Shown in pieces: positions 62,634 through 64,000 of a DNA stretch of 64,000 nt. The position numbers and the translations under genes are program-made. Each line of letters begins with the position of its first letter. The first letter of the stretch is position 1. The notes under the pieces are model-generated. The model saw only the letters and a program-made list of their open reading frames with translations. It was not told the DNA's origin and did no database searches. Origin of the DNA: Oscillospiraceae bacterium (GTDB taxonomy: Bacteria > Bacillota > Clostridia > Oscillospirales > Ruminococcaceae). The DNA lies in contig JAJQDP010000019.1 of the NCBI GenBank assembly GCA_021202155.1, forward strand, positions 51,084 through 115,083, read 5' to 3'.

Positions 62634-63794
62634 ATGCCTAAGAATCTGGGACGCACTCCGCCTATGGGCTGGAACTCATGGAATACCTTCACATGGAACA
62701 TTAATGAAGAGCTTGTTATGCAAGCGGCAGATGAAATGGTCGCTACAGGGCTCAAAGACTGCGGCTATGAGTACATAGTCATTGACGACTGCTGGTCGAA
62801 AAAGGAAAGAGACGAAAACGGTAGACTGGTTGCCGACCCCGAAAAGTTCCCTCACGGAATGAAATACGTTGCCGACTATGTTCATTCCAAAGGGCTCAAG
62901 TTCGGTATGTACTCCTGCTCGGGAACACATACTTGCGCGGCTTATCCGGCATCGTTTGAGCACGAATTCGTCGATGCTGAGACTTTTGCCGAGTGGGGTG
63001 TCGACTTCTTAAAGTATGACTCCTGCTTCAAGCCAAAGGGAATCCCCGGCGAGCTTCTCTACAAGAGAATGGGAATGGCACTCCGCAATTGCGGTAGAGA
63101 AATTCTCTTCTCAGCATGCAACTGGGGTCAGGACGACGTCTACTCCTGGATAAAGGATACCGGTGCTCAGATGTTCCGCTCTACCGGCGACATTCAGGAT
63201 AGCTGGAAGTCAATTGTGAACCTTGCAAAATCCCAGTTTGGCAGACAGAGCCAGCAGGGAGTTTACTGCTGGAACGACGTCGACATGCTCGTTGTCGGAA
63301 TGCATGGTGGCTCTAATAACGACTTCATCGGCGACGGCGGATTTGGTTGCACTGATACAGAGTACAAGTCTCATTTCTCACTCTGGGCGATGATAAATTC
63401 TCCTCTGATGATTGGTTGTGACATCAGAAATATGACCGACGCCACCAAGGAAATCCTCATGAACAAGGATGTTATCGCCATCAACCAGGATCCCGAGGGC
63501 AGGGGAGCATATGTCCTTGATTTCTCCGGATGGGATGACGGTCAGGTCAAGATTTTAGTCAAGCCTCTTGAGAATGGCGACTATGCAATTGGACTCTTCA
63601 ATTTTGGCGATAGATTCGGCAGAGCCGCATCCTTCCCGTTCTGGGATATGGGTCTTCCGTCCTCAGCAGGATATGGCTTTGAGATGTACGACTGCTGGAA
63701 GCATGAAGTGATTGGAACATATTCCGAGAGATTCACCGCTGATGTAGAAGCTCACGACTGCCTCATCATGCGCGCCAGACTCGTTAAGCTCTGA
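62634..63794 (+). CDS. glycoside hydrolase family 27 alpha-galactosidase
   Basis: PPMGWNSWNTF, YEYIVIDDCW and VDFLKYDSC (nucleophile region), with a C-terminal beta-sandwich. Confidence 0.9.
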   Translation: MPKNLGRTPPMGWNSWNTFTWNINEELVMQAADEMVATGLKDCGYEYIVIDDCWSKKERDENGRLVADPEKFPHGMKYVADYVHSKGLKFGMYSCSGTHTCAAYPASFEHEFVDAETFAEWGVDFLKYDSCFKPKGIPGELLYKRMGMALRNCGREILFSACNWGQDDVYSWIKDTGAQMFRSTGDIQDSWKSIVNLAKSQFGRQSQQGVYCWNDVDMLVVGMHGGSNNDFIGDGGFGCTDTEYKSHFSLWAMINSPLMIGCDIRNMTDATKEILMNKDVIAINQDPEGRGAYVLDFSGWDDGQVKILVKPLENGDYAIGLFNFGDRFGRAASFPFWDMGLPSSAGYGFEMYDCWKHEVIGTYSERFTADVEAHDCLIMRARLVKL

Positions 63795-63997
63795 TGGCTA
63801 ACTATGAAACCTGTTTTCAGTGCGGAAAGCAACTTGAGGGCGACGATATTGCAATATATCGGAAGCTTGTTCTCAGGTGTGCCAATGAGTTTTTGTGCAT
63901 CGATTGCCTGGCAGAGTATCTGGGTGTAAGTCGTGCGGCAATTGAAGCCAAGATAAAGTATTACCGCGAAAGCGGCACATGCCTTTTGTTCAGATAA
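63794..63997 (+). CDS. small Cys-rich protein (CxxC...CxxC, zinc-ribbon-like), hypothetical
   Basis: The start overlaps the GH27 stop (TGATG). Translation is MANYETCFQCGKQLEGDD...FLCIDCLAEYLGVSRAAIEAKIKYYRESG. Confidence 0.55.
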   Translation: MANYETCFQCGKQLEGDDIAIYRKLVLRCANEFLCIDCLAEYLGVSRAAIEAKIKYYRESGTCLLFR

Positions 63998-64000
63998 GTT

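Noticed and set aside
1-64000. Mobile elements, prophage, tRNA or rRNA genes
   Set aside because: No transposase, integrase, recombinase or phage structural motifs appear in any frame. No terminal inverted repeats flank the AT-rich islets. No cloverleaf-like or rRNA-like sequence was recognised by eye. tRNA detection by eye is unreliable, so tRNAscan-SE or ARAGORN should confirm this.

Overview
The window looks like a chromosomal segment from a spore-forming Firmicute of class Clostridia. The taxon is an inference from the gene content: a spoIIAA-spoIIAB-sigF operon, a CIRCE-controlled hrcA-grpE-dnaK-dnaJ operon, T-box and TPP leaders, ECF S-components and many glycoside hydrolases. I call about 50 protein-coding genes and see no rRNA, tRNA, CRISPR array, transposase or integrase. 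Most of the window is housekeeping or plant-glycan metabolism: GH27 (two genes), GH95, GH26, GH5, CE2, a phosphohexomutase, a sugar ABC system and a giant cyclic beta-1,2-glucan-synthase-like protein. Three stretches are visibly more AT-rich by eye, use different codons, and carry unexplained structure.

- **4.7-11.6 kb:** an XRE-HTH/TPR regulator, a convergent overlapping 68-aa secreted pre-peptide gene, a second small secreted Cys protein, and two tandem double-FtsX permeases with no ATPase. The segment also carries direct repeats, a palindrome and a 22-bp inverted repeat.
- **13.0-16.8 kb:** a long structured leader, a secreted beta-helix protein, a micro-ORF, a Thr-rich lipoprotein, a small basic protein and an array of GC-rich hairpins.
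- **29.8-31.0 kb:** a strong promoter, a ~110-nt nested hairpin RNA, an intrinsic terminator and an AT-rich orphan membrane coiled-coil protein.

The first and third are my best candidates for an undescribed system. All calls come from reading the sequence and the ORF track. Hand-located motif coordinates may be off by 1-2 nt. No database search was run.
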